The position numbers and the translations under genes were made by a program. A DNA stretch of 63,933 nt, counting the filler, from Octopus bimaculoides (Eukaryota), in assembly GCF_001194135.2 (NCBI RefSeq). It is 6 parts of 6 records of this genome, joined end to end, with 100 filler letters (N's around TTAATTAATTAA, not from the genome) between each part and the next. Parts side by side here need not be neighbours in the genome. Positions count along the whole stretch, not along the records: positions 44,440 to 58,709 come from NC_068982.1; positions 58,810 to 62,708 come from NC_069005.1; positions 62,809 to 63,933 come from NW_026301534.1; 3 more parts are not named here. One strand, given 5' to 3'. Positions within the stretch are counted from its first letter, which is position 1; each line of letters opens with the position of its first letter. Below are positions 49,901-62,809 of the stretch, in pieces. A model generated the notes under the pieces. That model was not told the DNA's origin. It ran no database searches and saw only the letters and a program-made list of their open reading frames with translations.

Positions 49901-50972
49901 GAACTGTATTAACTACGAGAAGTTAGGCCCTCACAGAGTTAAGTAGGAAAAATGTTACAAGGTCCGTATGGTAGTCGTACAACGGTTAACACCTCCGCTT
50001 GACCCACTCATGGTTTCCCATTTGCGACTCCATTCTTTTCCTGTTCAAGGTTTCTCCTTTCTACTTTTATTCTAGAAAGCCTTATAACGAATAATGGACA
50101 CCACCAACTTTCCTGAATGAGAGATAAACAAAATATAACTGTCCGTATTTCACTAATTCTATTTATTTTACACGACTTTGTACGATTCCCCGATTATTTG
50201 AATATGAATGTAAGATATTTAGTTTTAAATATTTATTGACAAGGATATTCTAAAACCGAATATATTCTTATTCAGTATTTTGTGCATATCTTATTCCACG
50301 AGACTACTGCTGACTTGGGTTCGTCGTAAATGAATTTCGCATTCAAAACTAAAGATCTCTACTGCAGATTCCTGTTTGGAAGAAAAAAATCAGCTGAGTA
50401 GTAAAAACCACACACACACACTCACACACATACACACGCACACGGTACCCCTACATTCATTACCATGTACGCTAGTTTTTCAGTTGATATTTTCTATAAA
50501 GACTTATACTCAAGCACTACAAGTACATTTCCAACAACGGTGTCTCAATCCACCTTGTGCAACATAATCAGTGATATATGATAGTATTCATGAAAAAATA
50601 TCAAACAGTAATGCTGTCCACAGAAATTGGTTAGCCAAAGATTATAGCAACCAAACTTAAAAGGAAATGGAAACCAAAATTTCCTTTGCCATTAAGAATT
50701 GAATATTTAAGATTTAATCTGCACTGTAGAGGACATTGATAACCTATAATAGTGATTTTAATATGAAATGTAATGTTGCATAAAAAAGTTATATTGGGCG
50801 CCTTACTTTGAAGATGCAAGCCGTGAGATGTTTAGAATTACTCGTACGAGGTCTTTAAGTGTAAAATCACACGACAAAAAATGCTAAGCAACCGAATACC
50901 AACACACACCGATCAATGCACTGATGTTTGTGAGGAAACCTGTTGCAAAACGTATGCATGTCGCCCCATATA

Positions 50973-51847
50973 CTGGGTGATTGAAAAGTAACTCCCTATA
51001 TTAAAATACTTATAATTTATTTATCAACTATAATTTTTCTCAAATTTGTTGTCTATGTTATTTAATGTATAAAAATTGATACTCTGTTGGTGTTTTTTTC
51101 AGATCCATTACAGTTTTTGAAATTTAGAAGCCCTACAAACGTGGTCTTATCTCTCTAAAAATATCATCTGTGGTAATGAAGCGGCATTCTACATCGGTGA
51201 GTTTGTGAAGTGTCACAACTTCCACTACTGGGCAGGAGAAGATCTTCGTATTACCGCTGAAAAATTACAGAATCAGCCCAAGGTAACGGTAGATGACTTC
51301 GGACAGAATTGTGGGTCCTTTCATCCTTTGCAATATTATGACTGCTGAAAGGTATCTCACCATGCTGCAAGACGAAATCTGGTCAGTTATCAGGACTTGG
51401 GAGAATATATAAAAGATTTGAATTTGATGCAAGATGGCACTCCTCTATATACTGCTATTGTTCTTCGTGAATGGCTGAATGTCTGTGGGAGAGGGATGTG
51501 TCGTCGAGGTCTGCATGATTGGTCGGCCTGATTTCATACCCTGCCACTTTTTTCTTTGGTGTTGGTTAAAGGAGCAAATCTACTTTACCAAACCAACGAC
51601 TTTGGAAGAACTGAAAGGGCGAATACGTCAAGTTACGTCTTCTATCCCACAAGCGTTCCTGATAAAATCAGTTGATGCGGTTCCCGGGTGACTTGAAAAT
51701 CTGGTGGCGAATGGTGGTGCCTATATCAAATTTTAAATATATCTCCATGCTATACGCTTTCTTCACATATTTATTCTTTCTAAAAATTCTGGTCAATAAA
51801 TAAATTATAAGTATTATTAAATAGGGAGTTACTTTTCAATCACCCTG
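50973..51847 (+). mobile_element. Internally deleted Tc1/mariner-superfamily element with both TIRs and TA target duplication
   Basis: ~60-bp TIRs C(A/T)GGGTGATTGAAAAGTAACTCCCTAT flanked by TA. Decayed DDE remnants: MQDG, PD..PC.FFLW.WLKEQIY..KPTTLEELKGRI. Confidence 0.88.
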
Positions 51848-52338
51848 TATATNNNNNNNNNNNNNNNNNNNNNNNNNNNNNNNNNNNNNNNNNNNNNNNN
51901 NNNNNNNNNNNNNNNNNNNNNNNNNNNNNNNNNNNNNNNNNNNNNNNNNNNNNNNNNNNNNNNNNNNNNNNNNNNNNNNNNNNNNNNNNNNNNNNNNNNN
52001 NNNNNNNNNNNNNNNNNNNNNNNNNNNNNNNNNNNNNNNNNNNNNNNNNNNNNNNNNNNNNNNNNNNNNNNNNNNNNNNNNNNNNNNNNNNNNNNNNNNN
52101 NNNNNNNNNNNNNNNNNNNNNNNNNNNNNNNNNNNNNNNNNNNNNNNNNNNNNNNNNNNNNNNNNNNNNNNNNNNNNNNNNNNNNNNNNNNNNNNNNNNN
52201 NNNNNNNNNNNNNNNNNNNNNNNNNNNNNNNNNNNNNNNNNNNNNNNNNNNNNNNNNNNNNNNNNNNNNNNNNNNNNNNNNNNNNNNNNNNNNNNNNNNN
52301 NNNNNNNNNNNNNNNNNNNNNNNNNNNNNNNNNNNNNN

Positions 52339-52403
<65 letters not shown>

Positions 52404-52406
52404 ATG

Positions 52407-52443
<37 letters not shown>

Positions 52444-52678
52444 ATAAAGACGCATGACCTAGTGGTCAGTGTGTTGCACCCATGATTGGAGGATCGTGGT
52501 TTCAATTCCTAGACTGGCTGATGGCTTGTACACTGGAGCAAAACACTTAATCCCACGTTGCTTTGCGATCACTTCGGCACCTGTACAAGTAACGTCGATC
52601 TGATTACTATAAAGAAATCGCCTTTGTAGGTCGTTCATACATTGTATTCGACGGAAGTGTCCATCTTTTATGTGTTTG

Positions 52679-52710
<32 letters not shown>

Positions 52711-52819
52711 CGTGCGCGTGTGTTTGTGTGTGAGGGAGAGAGATAGATAGAGAGAGAGAGAGCATGTCAAAATGTAAAGGCAATGTAGGATTACTATTAC
52801 GATATCCTCGAATAATGAA

Positions 52820-54450
52820 AATAAAGGTTTCAATTCTGGCACCAAATCAGAAATTTTGAGTTGGGCGTTCAAGCCGTTTACATTGACCTCGACGGAATAT
52901 GAACTCAGAGCGTAATGACAGATGAAATTCCGCTAAACATTTCGCCCGGCATGCTAACGATTCTACCAGCTCATCGCCCTGTATAATACCAATAATATTC
53001 TTTTCTTCTCTTGGCACAAGGCCCAAAATTATTGGCGAGGGGACTAGTCGATTACATCGACTCCAGTGCGTAACTGGTACTTATTCAATCTATTTGAAAA
53101 GGAAGACTGACACATCGACGTCGTTGGAATTTCAACACAGATCGCAAAGCCAGAAAAAAATATGTATAAACATCTTAATAATAATACTTCTAATAATCAT
53201 TTCTACTATAGGCACAAAGCCTGAAATTTGGGGGAGGGGGATAGTCGATTAGATGGACCCCAGTACGCAACTGATACTTCATTTATAGACCCTGAGACAA
53301 TGAAAGGCACAGTCGACCTCGACGGAATTTGATCTCAGAACGTATCGACAGACGAAATACTGCTAAGCATTTCGTCCTTCGTGCTAATGATTCTGCCAGA
53401 TCACCGCCTTAATAATACTTGTAATAATACTAATATCATAGCATTCTTTTCTACTATAGACACAAGGTCTGGAATTATTCTTTTCTACACTAGGCGCAAG
53501 GTCTGAAATTATTGGGGAGGGACTAGTCGATTACATCGTCTCCAGTGCGTAACTGGTATTTAATTTATCGACCCCAAAAGGCAAGGTCGACCTTGGAGTA
53601 ATTTGAACTCAGAACGTAGCGGCAAACGAAATACTGTTAAGAATTTCGTCCAGCGTGCTAACGATTCTGCCAGCTAGCCGCCTTAATACTTCTAATAATA
53701 TTAATATCAAAGTAATAATAATACCAATAGTATTTATATCTTTACTGCCACAGGGGGCTAAACATAGAGGGGACAAACAAGGACAGACAAAGGGATTAAG
53801 TCGATTACATCGACCCCAGTGCGTAACTGGTACTTATTTAATTTAGCCCGAAAGGATGAAAGGCAGAGTCGACCTCGGCGGAATATGAACTCAAAACGTA
53901 ATGACAGATGAAGTCCCGCTAAACATTTCGCCCGGCGTGCTAACGATTCTACCAGCTCGCCGCGCCTGTATGATGCCGATATTATTCTTTTCTTTTCTTG
54001 ACACAAGGCCCGAAATTTTTTGTGAGGAGGGGACCAGCCGAATAGAGTGATCCAGTATGCAACTGGTACTTAATTTGTCGACCTCGAAAGGCTGAAAGGC
54101 AAAGTTAACTTCGANNNNNNNNNNNNNNNNNNNNNNNNNNNNNNNNNNNNNNNNNNNNNNNNNNNNNNNNNNNNNNNNNNNNNNNNNNNNNNNNNNNNNN
54201 NNNNNNNNNNNNNNNNNNNNNNNNNNNNNNTGCCACAGGGGGCTAAACATAGAGGGGACAAACAAGGACAGACAAAGGGATTAAGTCGATTACATCGACC
54301 CCAGTGCGTAACTGGTACTCATTTAATCGATCCCGAAAGGATGAAAGACAAAGTCGACCTCGGCGTAATTTGAACTCAGAAAGTAACGGCAGACGAAATA
54401 CGCTAAGCATTTCGCCCGGCGTGCTAACGTTTCTGCCAACCCACCGCCTC
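52820..54450 (-). mobile_element. Head-to-tail array of family B SINEs
   Basis: About seven same-strand units alternating two tail types. Confidence 0.9.
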
Positions 54451-55559
54451 TAATACCAATAATATTAATATAATAATGGTAGAGATTACTTAATTCAGCT
54501 CTTTCTATATTCTGAAACTCAGGATCGCATTTTTTATATTGCCAAGCTATAATTCAATCAGAAAAGCCACACACACCAAAAAAAAACAAAAAACATGAAC
54601 GCAATGAATTACAATAGCTCAAGAAAATGGTTCTGCACCCCCCCCCACTCCAAAATAGGGCAAAACAAAAAGAAGAAAACCAATCTTCCAATCTTCCACA
54701 AATCCTCCCCCACATTCTACTCCCTCTTTTTCCTCATTCTCTATCTTCCTCATTCTTCTTCGACGACTACAAGTAAAATTTATGATTCAAATTTTTGTAA
54801 TATAAAAATCGATAATTCTAACTTACATTCAAAAAGAAATGTATGAGAAATTAGTGTCTTTTGGTAAATATTGATTTTTCTCTCAGCAGCAGAATCCATT
54901 CAGTCTGTTTATTTTTTTCCTATTTCTTTCTTCACAATGAAATATTCTACTATGTATTTGAATCCATACAATCTTGAATTATATATTATTAAATATATTC
55001 TTCTACTTTGCTGACCTTCACAATCCATTCGATCATTAAGAGTAAATGGAGTGGGGGGGGCTCCATCTAGTCGCACCTTGCCGTTTTAAAAGTAAAAGAA
55101 CACGCCGGATAACGTGATACTGACTTCTCAGCGCATACGAGTATGACTGGTTGGCCAGGGCTCGAATGTCACTGATCAACGTTTTGCATGATCATTGTCG
55201 ATGCTGTTCTGTACAGCCAACACAACAGCAGAACCATGACTTAAATTGCAACTTCTGGGGCATTACCTGGAAGCGTTATGGATTCCCTCACATATGATAA
55301 GACACTTTTGTATTGCGTAAGAGTTCTCTTTCCAGGAGGGCAGATTGAATCAGCTGTTGCTGATCAAAGCAACATTCATGAATATGCGCAACATACACGC
55401 TTATTTCTAGCTCTAAATTACATACCGTTACACGACTATAGATAAGAATCCGCCAGAGTGGACTATTCGCTGTTCTGTATTTCGGATATCAATAGTAGGT
55501 AGTCAAAATTATTAGAGAGCATCTACGAGGTAGTTCGTCTCGCAATAAATAGCACTAAT

Positions 55560-56165
55560 AAGGCGGTGAGCTGGCAAGAAACGTTAGCACGCCGGGTGAA
55601 ATGCTTAGCGGGATTTCGTCTGCCGTTACGTTCTGAGTTCAAATTCCGCCGAGGTCAACTTTGGCTTTCATCCTTTCGGGGTAGATAAATTAAGTACCAG
55701 TTAGGCCCTGTGGCCGATGTAATCGACTTAATCCCTTTGTCTGTCCTTGTTTGTCCCCTCTATGTTTAGCCCCTTGTGGGCAATAAATAAATCAGAAACG
55801 TAAGCACGCCGGGCGAAATGCTTAGCGGTATTTCGTCTGCCACTGCGTTCTGAGTTCAAATTCCGCCGAGGTCGACTTTGCCTTTCATCCTTTCGGGGTC
55901 GATAAATTAAGTACCAGTTACGCACTGCGGTCGATATAATCGACTTAATCCGTTTGTCTGTCCTTGTTTGTCCCCTCTGTGTGTAGCCCCTTGTGGGCAG
56001 TAAAGAAATAGGTATTTTGTCTGTTTTTACGATCTGAGTTCAAATTCTACCGAGGTTGACTTTGCCTTTCATCCTTTCGGGGTCGATAACTTAAGCACCA
56101 GTTACGCAATGGGGTCGATATAATCGACTGGCCTCCTTCTCCAAAATTTCGGGCCTTGTACCTGG
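55560..56165 (+). mobile_element. Trimeric array of family B SINEs
   Basis: A full head at 55560, with 5'-clipped units starting at ~55794 and ~56011. Confidence 0.9.
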
Positions 56166-58596
56166 AGCAGCACTGAAAGCTCCCTCAGAATTACAGTTCT
56201 GCTCCCCGGGGGTTGTCTTTGAACGAGACAGAAAAATAGAACATAAGTAAAAAACACCTATACAAAAATAACAAATCAAACAATAAGTGAATCTGTTTCA
56301 CATGCAAACAATATTTTTCCAGTATCAAGAGGATTTTAGATAAAGGATTAAGTGATCAAACCACCATATCTAATTTATGCAATAAGGAATAAAATGATGT
56401 TTGCTATGACTGTTCTTACAAATTTTACACTATTGTGATGAAAGAGACAATCATATATTCGTAGATTAATTTAGTCGTTATTCTTGGGTTGAACTTTATG
56501 AAATGACCAACATCACAAGTATAAAAAATAGTTGATAAGCTCAGTTATGATATGACAAATTAGTACACCATGGTACAGAAATAGAATGAGAAGTCTATTA
56601 GTATAGGGGGAAACAAAGTAAGTCTGCTTATTTATTCTTACCTTCCATTGTTATTGTTTCAATTACATTCCTTTGAAGTATGTTGGATAGCAGAAATCTA
56701 TCGAATTTGAGATCAAACTTTAACGCGCAGTTGTTCATGAAAATAAAGTCGCTAAAGTAGCGTTTAGATAATCACTGAACCAGCATTTTGGGATTGCAAA
56801 GGTATAGTGCAGTCCGCAATATACAATTGGTAGTAAATTAACGTAGTCTAGTGCTTGATGAATAAATTTTACTGAGTTCGGCCTCACCAAATAATTTTTT
56901 CTGCGCGTGTTTTCTACTGTAGCCAATGTTTTAACTAAGCCATGTAATTGTAATTGGGTAAACGGAAACTCTAAGTAAAAATCAGATGGACTGCATCTAT
57001 AAATCGAAATGCAAGCCACAATGTCAAGCTGACACTGGATATAATGATGAGTGACGACGTTTGCCGATGTGGTTTCATTTTTTCGCTTGGTTGAATTAAT
57101 TACTTTTGAATTAACGGATAAAAAGTTCAAACTTCTACGTACATTAGTATCTCTAACTTACTTCTCAGAAGAAACCCGTGTTACAACGCGTTAAAAGGCT
57201 CTACCTCTTTTGAATTTTCGATAAATTTCGTCAGGAAGGGTTTCAATAACTTTCTCGTATGTCTAGTTTCATTGCAAAGTTCTGAGAAACTGTTGCATAA
57301 AATAATTGGCTTGAGATGGCATGCCGTGGGATCGAAACCACATGGTTGCAAGCGAACTTCAACATTCAGCCTTACTTTCTCTGCATCATGATTAACATCA
57401 AAAGTGCAAGTGTCTTTAGAATATCAAACTATTTAGACTAAAAAATTGAGTTTTTCACTTGAACAGTTAACTGGAATTAACACTAGGAGCCAACAGATAA
57501 TTCGTTTACGCGTCCCCACCACGCATGCACAAGCACTCACACGCACACACGCGCGCGTGCCGATACATACATGCATACATACATACATACATATATATAC
57601 ATACATACATTCATACATACATACATACATACATACATACATACATTTATATTATACATGAATATGTTATTTGTGTTACTGAATCAAGCATAGGGCGACT
57701 AAGCAAAATACATCCCAAAATACATTTGCAATGACAGATACAAACATATCATTACACTTCCAGCCTCAAGCGAACTAACAACCATTGCAATATATTATTT
57801 ACATGTATTAGCTTCCCTCGTGTCATATATTGAGATGGAAATAACCTGTTCCAAATTTAAAATGTTAGCAAAATAACTTAAATTATTTCCTCCTCAGCAA
57901 GACATAATCACAGCTATTCTTGTTTATCCTTGTGTAATTATCATCAATTCTATCGTCAAAGAGACAGCGATTTAATTGTACAGAATCGTGGCAACTGTTA
58001 TAGTCGGGAAAGACAATGATCTTTTTAGAGTCTGCTTACACACATACAAATGTGTTTACATGTATTTATGTACACATACGCACAAGCATATGAACATCGG
58101 AATATGTTGTTGACAGTGACGTCATTAGCTTATAGCTACTTCAGCTTAAATTTAATGAAAAGCCGGAATTATTATGCTTTATATATTCAGATTTTCTGCA
58201 TCGTAAACTTACAGTTGTTTCTGATATGCATTTTAGCAGCATTCATAGTTTCGCTTTCTCAATCACGCGAACGATCGATTGAAGAAAAGTTGAACGACCT
58301 TAACTTATACTGTCATCTTTAGAGACCGTACAACAAGTGGTAAAGAACACGAACACAAAATTTTTACAAATAAGTAAACCTTTAAAACTCATCATTTATG
58401 CATTTCCTTGTATATTACACCTTGAGAACATACCATATTAATTGGGGAAAGTAATCATGTTGATAGACTTCAACTTCGGATCTCGCCTTAGAATAATTAA
58501 GAGTTCTATAGCTTTCCGCAACCTTTTGCAAGCCTGGTGTATTTGTATTAACAGAAGGCTTAAAAAGTATTTTGTGCGAATAGATAATCTTTTTTT

Positions 58597-58709
58597 ACAT
58601 TATTTATGCCCACGGGCATATGGCGTAGTGGTTAAGAGCGCGGGCTACTAACCCCAAGATTCCGAGTTCGATTCCAAGTAGTGACCTGAATAATAACAAT
58701 AATAATAAT
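58597..58709 (+). mobile_element. Second copy of the same element (complete tRNA-like head, cut by a gap)
   Basis: A box TGGCGTAGTGG, B box GAGTTCGATTCC, then gtgacctgaa(taa)n. Confidence 0.75.
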
Positions 58710-58753
58710 NNNNNNNNNNNNNNNNNNNNNNNNNNNNNNNNNNNNNNNNNNNN

Positions 58754-58765
58754 TTAATTAATTAA
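58754..58765. other. Artificial scaffold-join spacer
   Basis: Same 100-nt cassette. Confidence 0.93.
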
Positions 58766-58809
58766 NNNNNNNNNNNNNNNNNNNNNNNNNNNNNNNNNNN
58801 NNNNNNNNN

Positions 58810-58840
<31 letters not shown>

Positions 58841-59287
58841 ATATAATATAATATAATATAATATAATATAATATAATAAATGCGAAAACTAATTTGTGTG
58901 TCAATGTGTCACACTTAGACCCCATCTCTTGCTATTCAATTACACTCCTACTATTCCTCATGATGGAGTGAGAGTAATAGTAGGCATACAGACGGTGAGG
59001 GCGGTGGAAAAGACAGAGAGAGAGAAAAAAAGAAAGAAAGAAAAATATAGGGAGAGAAAGAGAAACAATGAAATTTAGGGAGAGTTGATGATGTTTTTAA
59101 TAAAAGTAGTTGTGTTAATGGCGGCAGTAGGAGTAATAATAAGATAGAGGGAAAGAGTGGGTATGTGAGGGAAAGAGGGACTGAACACTGAAGTAACATG
59201 TTGAATAACATACTGAACGAACACCCATATTTAGCCTTTTTGTGATGGTCGGTCTGACGGTGAGAGTAAGCGTCAGAAGTCTGAATG

Positions 59288-59328
<41 letters not shown>

Positions 59329-60029
59329 TGTGTGTGTGGCAGTTGTAATGGTGATGGTGGTGGTACTTGTGATGGTGATGGTTGAAAATAATCAACAGAA
59401 AGAGAGAGAGAGAAAAAAAGACGTAAGACAGAAAAAAAAGAATTGTACTGACCCCTGAATGGGAAGACAAAAATATTGTTTATCATGTAGCTTTGACATA
59501 AATTCCACCTCGACAAACTATATCATTGTTTTGATGAAAACTGTTCCTTGCTTGAGAAATATTGTTCAAGTTTAATAAAATTTGATATGTACGTCAATGC
59601 ATGAAGTGTCATTGTTGGGTTCAAGGCCCAATGAAGAGCCCTCCACATGAGTTAACTTAAAAGCCATCCAACAAGGCGGCTTTTATGCTAGTGTATATAT
59701 ACACATACATATGCTACATGATTTGCTAGAATTGTATTAGTGTAACATTGTTCGTTTTTTTTTCCGTTGTTGTTTTTGTATACATTCGCTGCTTTCTCCC
59801 AAGGAATCTAATGCTCTTAGCTTAGTTTTTCCTTGGGACTGGCCAGATTGGAGCAATGTCGAGAATAACCAGCCGAAATTGCAAAGATAATCTGGATCTC
59901 GAATGAAGAGAGAAAACTCCGAATGACATGTCCGTGTTTCCTTTGTATCGTCTATCTGGATGTTTTGTCCCTTTCTTGTATCACCTAACTGTCTGGATGT
60001 TTTGCGTTCTTGTCCCATTTCTGTTTAGA

Positions 60030-60800
60030 TTAACCCAATATTTGCCATGAAGGAGCTTTTCTTGCCATCGTTTTATCATGATCCGTTGCTGATCCAGTTT
60101 TAGTATGGATTTCAGTTGTTTTACAGCTTTCGTTGTTTATTCTTCACAGTTGTTAGGTACTATGACTGCTTTTTTGTATTTGTCAGTTTCCTTAAAGACT
60201 GAAAACAGTTTTTTGTTTTGTTCTTATTTTGTGACTATCTGTATTAGCTCACCTTGTTTCTGAAGCAGGTATTTCTGTAGTCCTATGGTGGTTATTTTGT
60301 AATAGTTTTCTAACTATATAAGGCCTCTACCACCTTCGATACATTGCATATATAGCCTTTCTGTGTCAGATTTTGGGTTGTGCATCCTAAATCCTGTCAT
60401 TATTTTTCTTGTTTTCCTGTCTATTTTGATTAGTTCATTTAGAGACCAGTTAAAAATATTGTAGTTATAACTGAAAACTGGGACGGCTAGAGTGTTAATA
60501 CCTATTATCTTGTTTTTCGCATTGAGCTCTGATTTCAGCATTAATCTACTTCGTCTGTAGTATTCCTTTTTTATCTTTTCTTTCATTTGTGTGTTTTGTA
60601 TCGTATCTAGTTCATTGATTCCTAAGTATTTGTATATCTAGCTTTCGTCTAATTCTCTTATTCCACTTGCTTTATCTAGTATGATGTTGCTACTCTTAAT
60701 TAGTTTTCCTCTTTTCAAGGTTACTTTGGCACATTTTCAAAGCCAAATTTCATGTTCATTTCTTTGGTAAATTCATGTACTGTCTGTAGTAATGTTTCTA
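60030..60800 (-). mobile_element. R4/Dong-like RT C-terminal fragment
   Basis: KLY..ND...MKFG..KCAKV, then KSELNAKNKIIGINTLAVPV..IDRKTRKIMT..HNPKSDTERLY..EGGRGLI, with stops and frameshifts. Confidence 0.85.
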
Positions 60801-60855
60801 GCAGTTTATCATTTGTAGTGTACAGTTTTATTATCATTACTATTATTATTATTGT

Positions 60856-61990
60856 TCAGTAGTTTTATTTTTATAACGTGCTTTCACTTCACTACCGAGC
60901 GCAGCTCTGTGTGCCTTGGGTATGTGCTGTGGTTTGCTGTGATGCTCTTATGGTTACTGTATTGAAAGTGTTTTGCGTAGGATGTGTGCAGTGCCCAGTA
61001 GTGCAATTTTCTGTATGTTATATATATTTGTAAGTCTTGGCGTTTTTGTTATGTATTTGTCTGAATATTTTTTTTATTATACCTAAGGCACCTACTATGA
61101 TAGGAATTGTTTCTGTTTTTAGATTNNNNNNNNNNNNNNNNNNNNNNNNNNNNNNNNNNNNNNNNNNNNNNNNNNNNNNNNNNNNNNNNNNNNNNNNNNN
61201 NNNNNNNNNNNNNNNNNNNNNNNNNNNNNNNNNNNNNNNNNNNNNNNNNNNNNNNNNNNNNNNNNNNNNNNNNNNNNNNNNNNNNNNNNNNNNNNNNNNN
61301 NNNNNNNNNNNNNNNNNNNNNNNNNNNNNNNNNNNNNNNNNNNNNNNNNNNNNNNNNNNNNNNNNNNNNNNNNNNNNNNNNNNNNNNNNNNNNNNNNNNN
61401 NNNNNNNNNNNNNNNNNNNNNNNNNNNNNNNNNNNNNNNNNNNNNNNNNNNNNNNNNNNNNNNNNNNNNNNNNNNNNNNNNNNNNNNNNNNNNNNNNNNN
61501 NNNNNNNNNNNNNNNNNNNNNNNNNNNNNNNNNNNNNNNNNNNNNNNNNNNNNNNNNNNNNNNNNNNNNNNNNNNNNNNNNNNNNNNNNNNNNNNNNNNN
61601 NNNNNNNNNNNNNNNNNNNNNNNNNNNNNNNNNNNNNNNNNNNNNNNNNNNNNNNNNNNNNNNNNNNNNNNNNNNNNNNNNNNNNNNNNNNNNNNNNNNN
61701 NNNNNNNNNNNNNNNNNNNNNNNNNNNNNNNNNNNNNNNNNNNNNNNNNNNNNNNNNNNNNNNNNNNNNNNNNNNNNNNNNNNNNNNNNNNNNNNNNNNN
61801 NNNNNNNNNNNNNNNNNNNNNNNNNCGTATATATAGCCTTTCTATGTCAGATTTTGGGTGGTGCATCCTATATCCTGTCATTATTTTTCTTGTTTTCCTG
61901 TCTATTTTAGATAGTTCGTTTAGTGTCCAGTTAAGGATATTGTAGCTGTAGCTTATAACTGGGACAGCTAAAGTGTTAAAACCTATTATC

Positions 61991-61993
<3 letters not shown>
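60856..61993 (-). mobile_element. R4/Dong-like 5'-truncated copy (internal N gap)
   Basis: The 3' end is nearly identical to 21871-22140 and the 5' part is homologous to 60360-60510. Both ends abut (ATT)n. Confidence 0.88.
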
Positions 61994-62063
<70 letters not shown>

Positions 62064-62109
62064 TGTTGTTGTTGTTATTATCATTATTATTATTATTATT
62101 TTCTCTTTA

Positions 62110-62640
62110 TCACAGGTTTTGTTGGAGCTCCTGGAGTCTTACACGTGTAGCAGGCTTGCTGCCTGTAGCCTATGGTACCATGCTACCTATTCTTTTCACC
62201 TATCTAATACTCTCCTGATTATTCTGGCCGTGCCAAGGAGGCAAGCCTTCAGTAACAGTTCTGCTGGGTACTCTATTCCAATTCTCTTAATATTCCCTTT
62301 GATGCCTTCTGATACTCTTCCCAAGGACCCAACAATAATTGGCACTATCTTCACCTTCTTCATTTTCCATAGCCGAGCAATTTCGTACTTAAGAGGTTTG
62401 TATCTATCTATTTTTTGCCTTCCTTCTTGACTATTCGTGGGTCAAAGGGACATGCAAAGCCAACTATATAGCATGTGGTGCACCTTGTCCACCACCACTA
62501 GGTCTGGTCTATTATGTTCTTGCACCTGATTTGTTTGGATTGGAAAATCCGAGAGAGCTTTGCTTGTCTCCGACTCTGCCACTCTGTCCACTTCAAGATT
62601 CCAGCGCCATACCATTTTCCTGGGGTTAAAATGTAGTAAC
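62110..62640 (-). mobile_element. Second, divergent R4/Dong-like RLE 3' fragment
   Basis: WYGAGILKW..LSRIFQS and QEHNRPDLVVVDK peptide remnants. The 3' end abuts (ATT)n. Confidence 0.7.
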
Positions 62641-62752
62641 ATAATTCTTTATAGAACAGCCATGTTATAGTGGAAATAAACATTACTGCATATATATATA
62701 TATATATANNNNNNNNNNNNNNNNNNNNNNNNNNNNNNNNNNNNNNNNNNNN

Positions 62753-62764
62753 TTAATTAATTAA
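62753..62764. other. Artificial scaffold-join spacer
   Basis: Same 100-nt cassette. Confidence 0.93.
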
Positions 62765-62809
62765 NNNNNNNNNNNNNNNNNNNNNNNNNNNNNNNNNNNN
62801 NNNNNNNNT

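Noticed and set aside
56735-57130. 131-aa minus-strand ORF
   Set aside because: No recognisable motif or splice signals, and the length is compatible with chance.
58612-58690. Functional tRNA gene
   Set aside because: A and B boxes are present, but the acceptor and anticodon stems pair poorly and it runs into an (AAT)n linker shared with the 49.8 kb copy. It is a SINE-type head.
20027-62764. Five TTAATTAATTAA motifs as a biological repeat or regulatory signal
   Set aside because: Each is centred in exactly 44+44 N, so they are assembly spacers.
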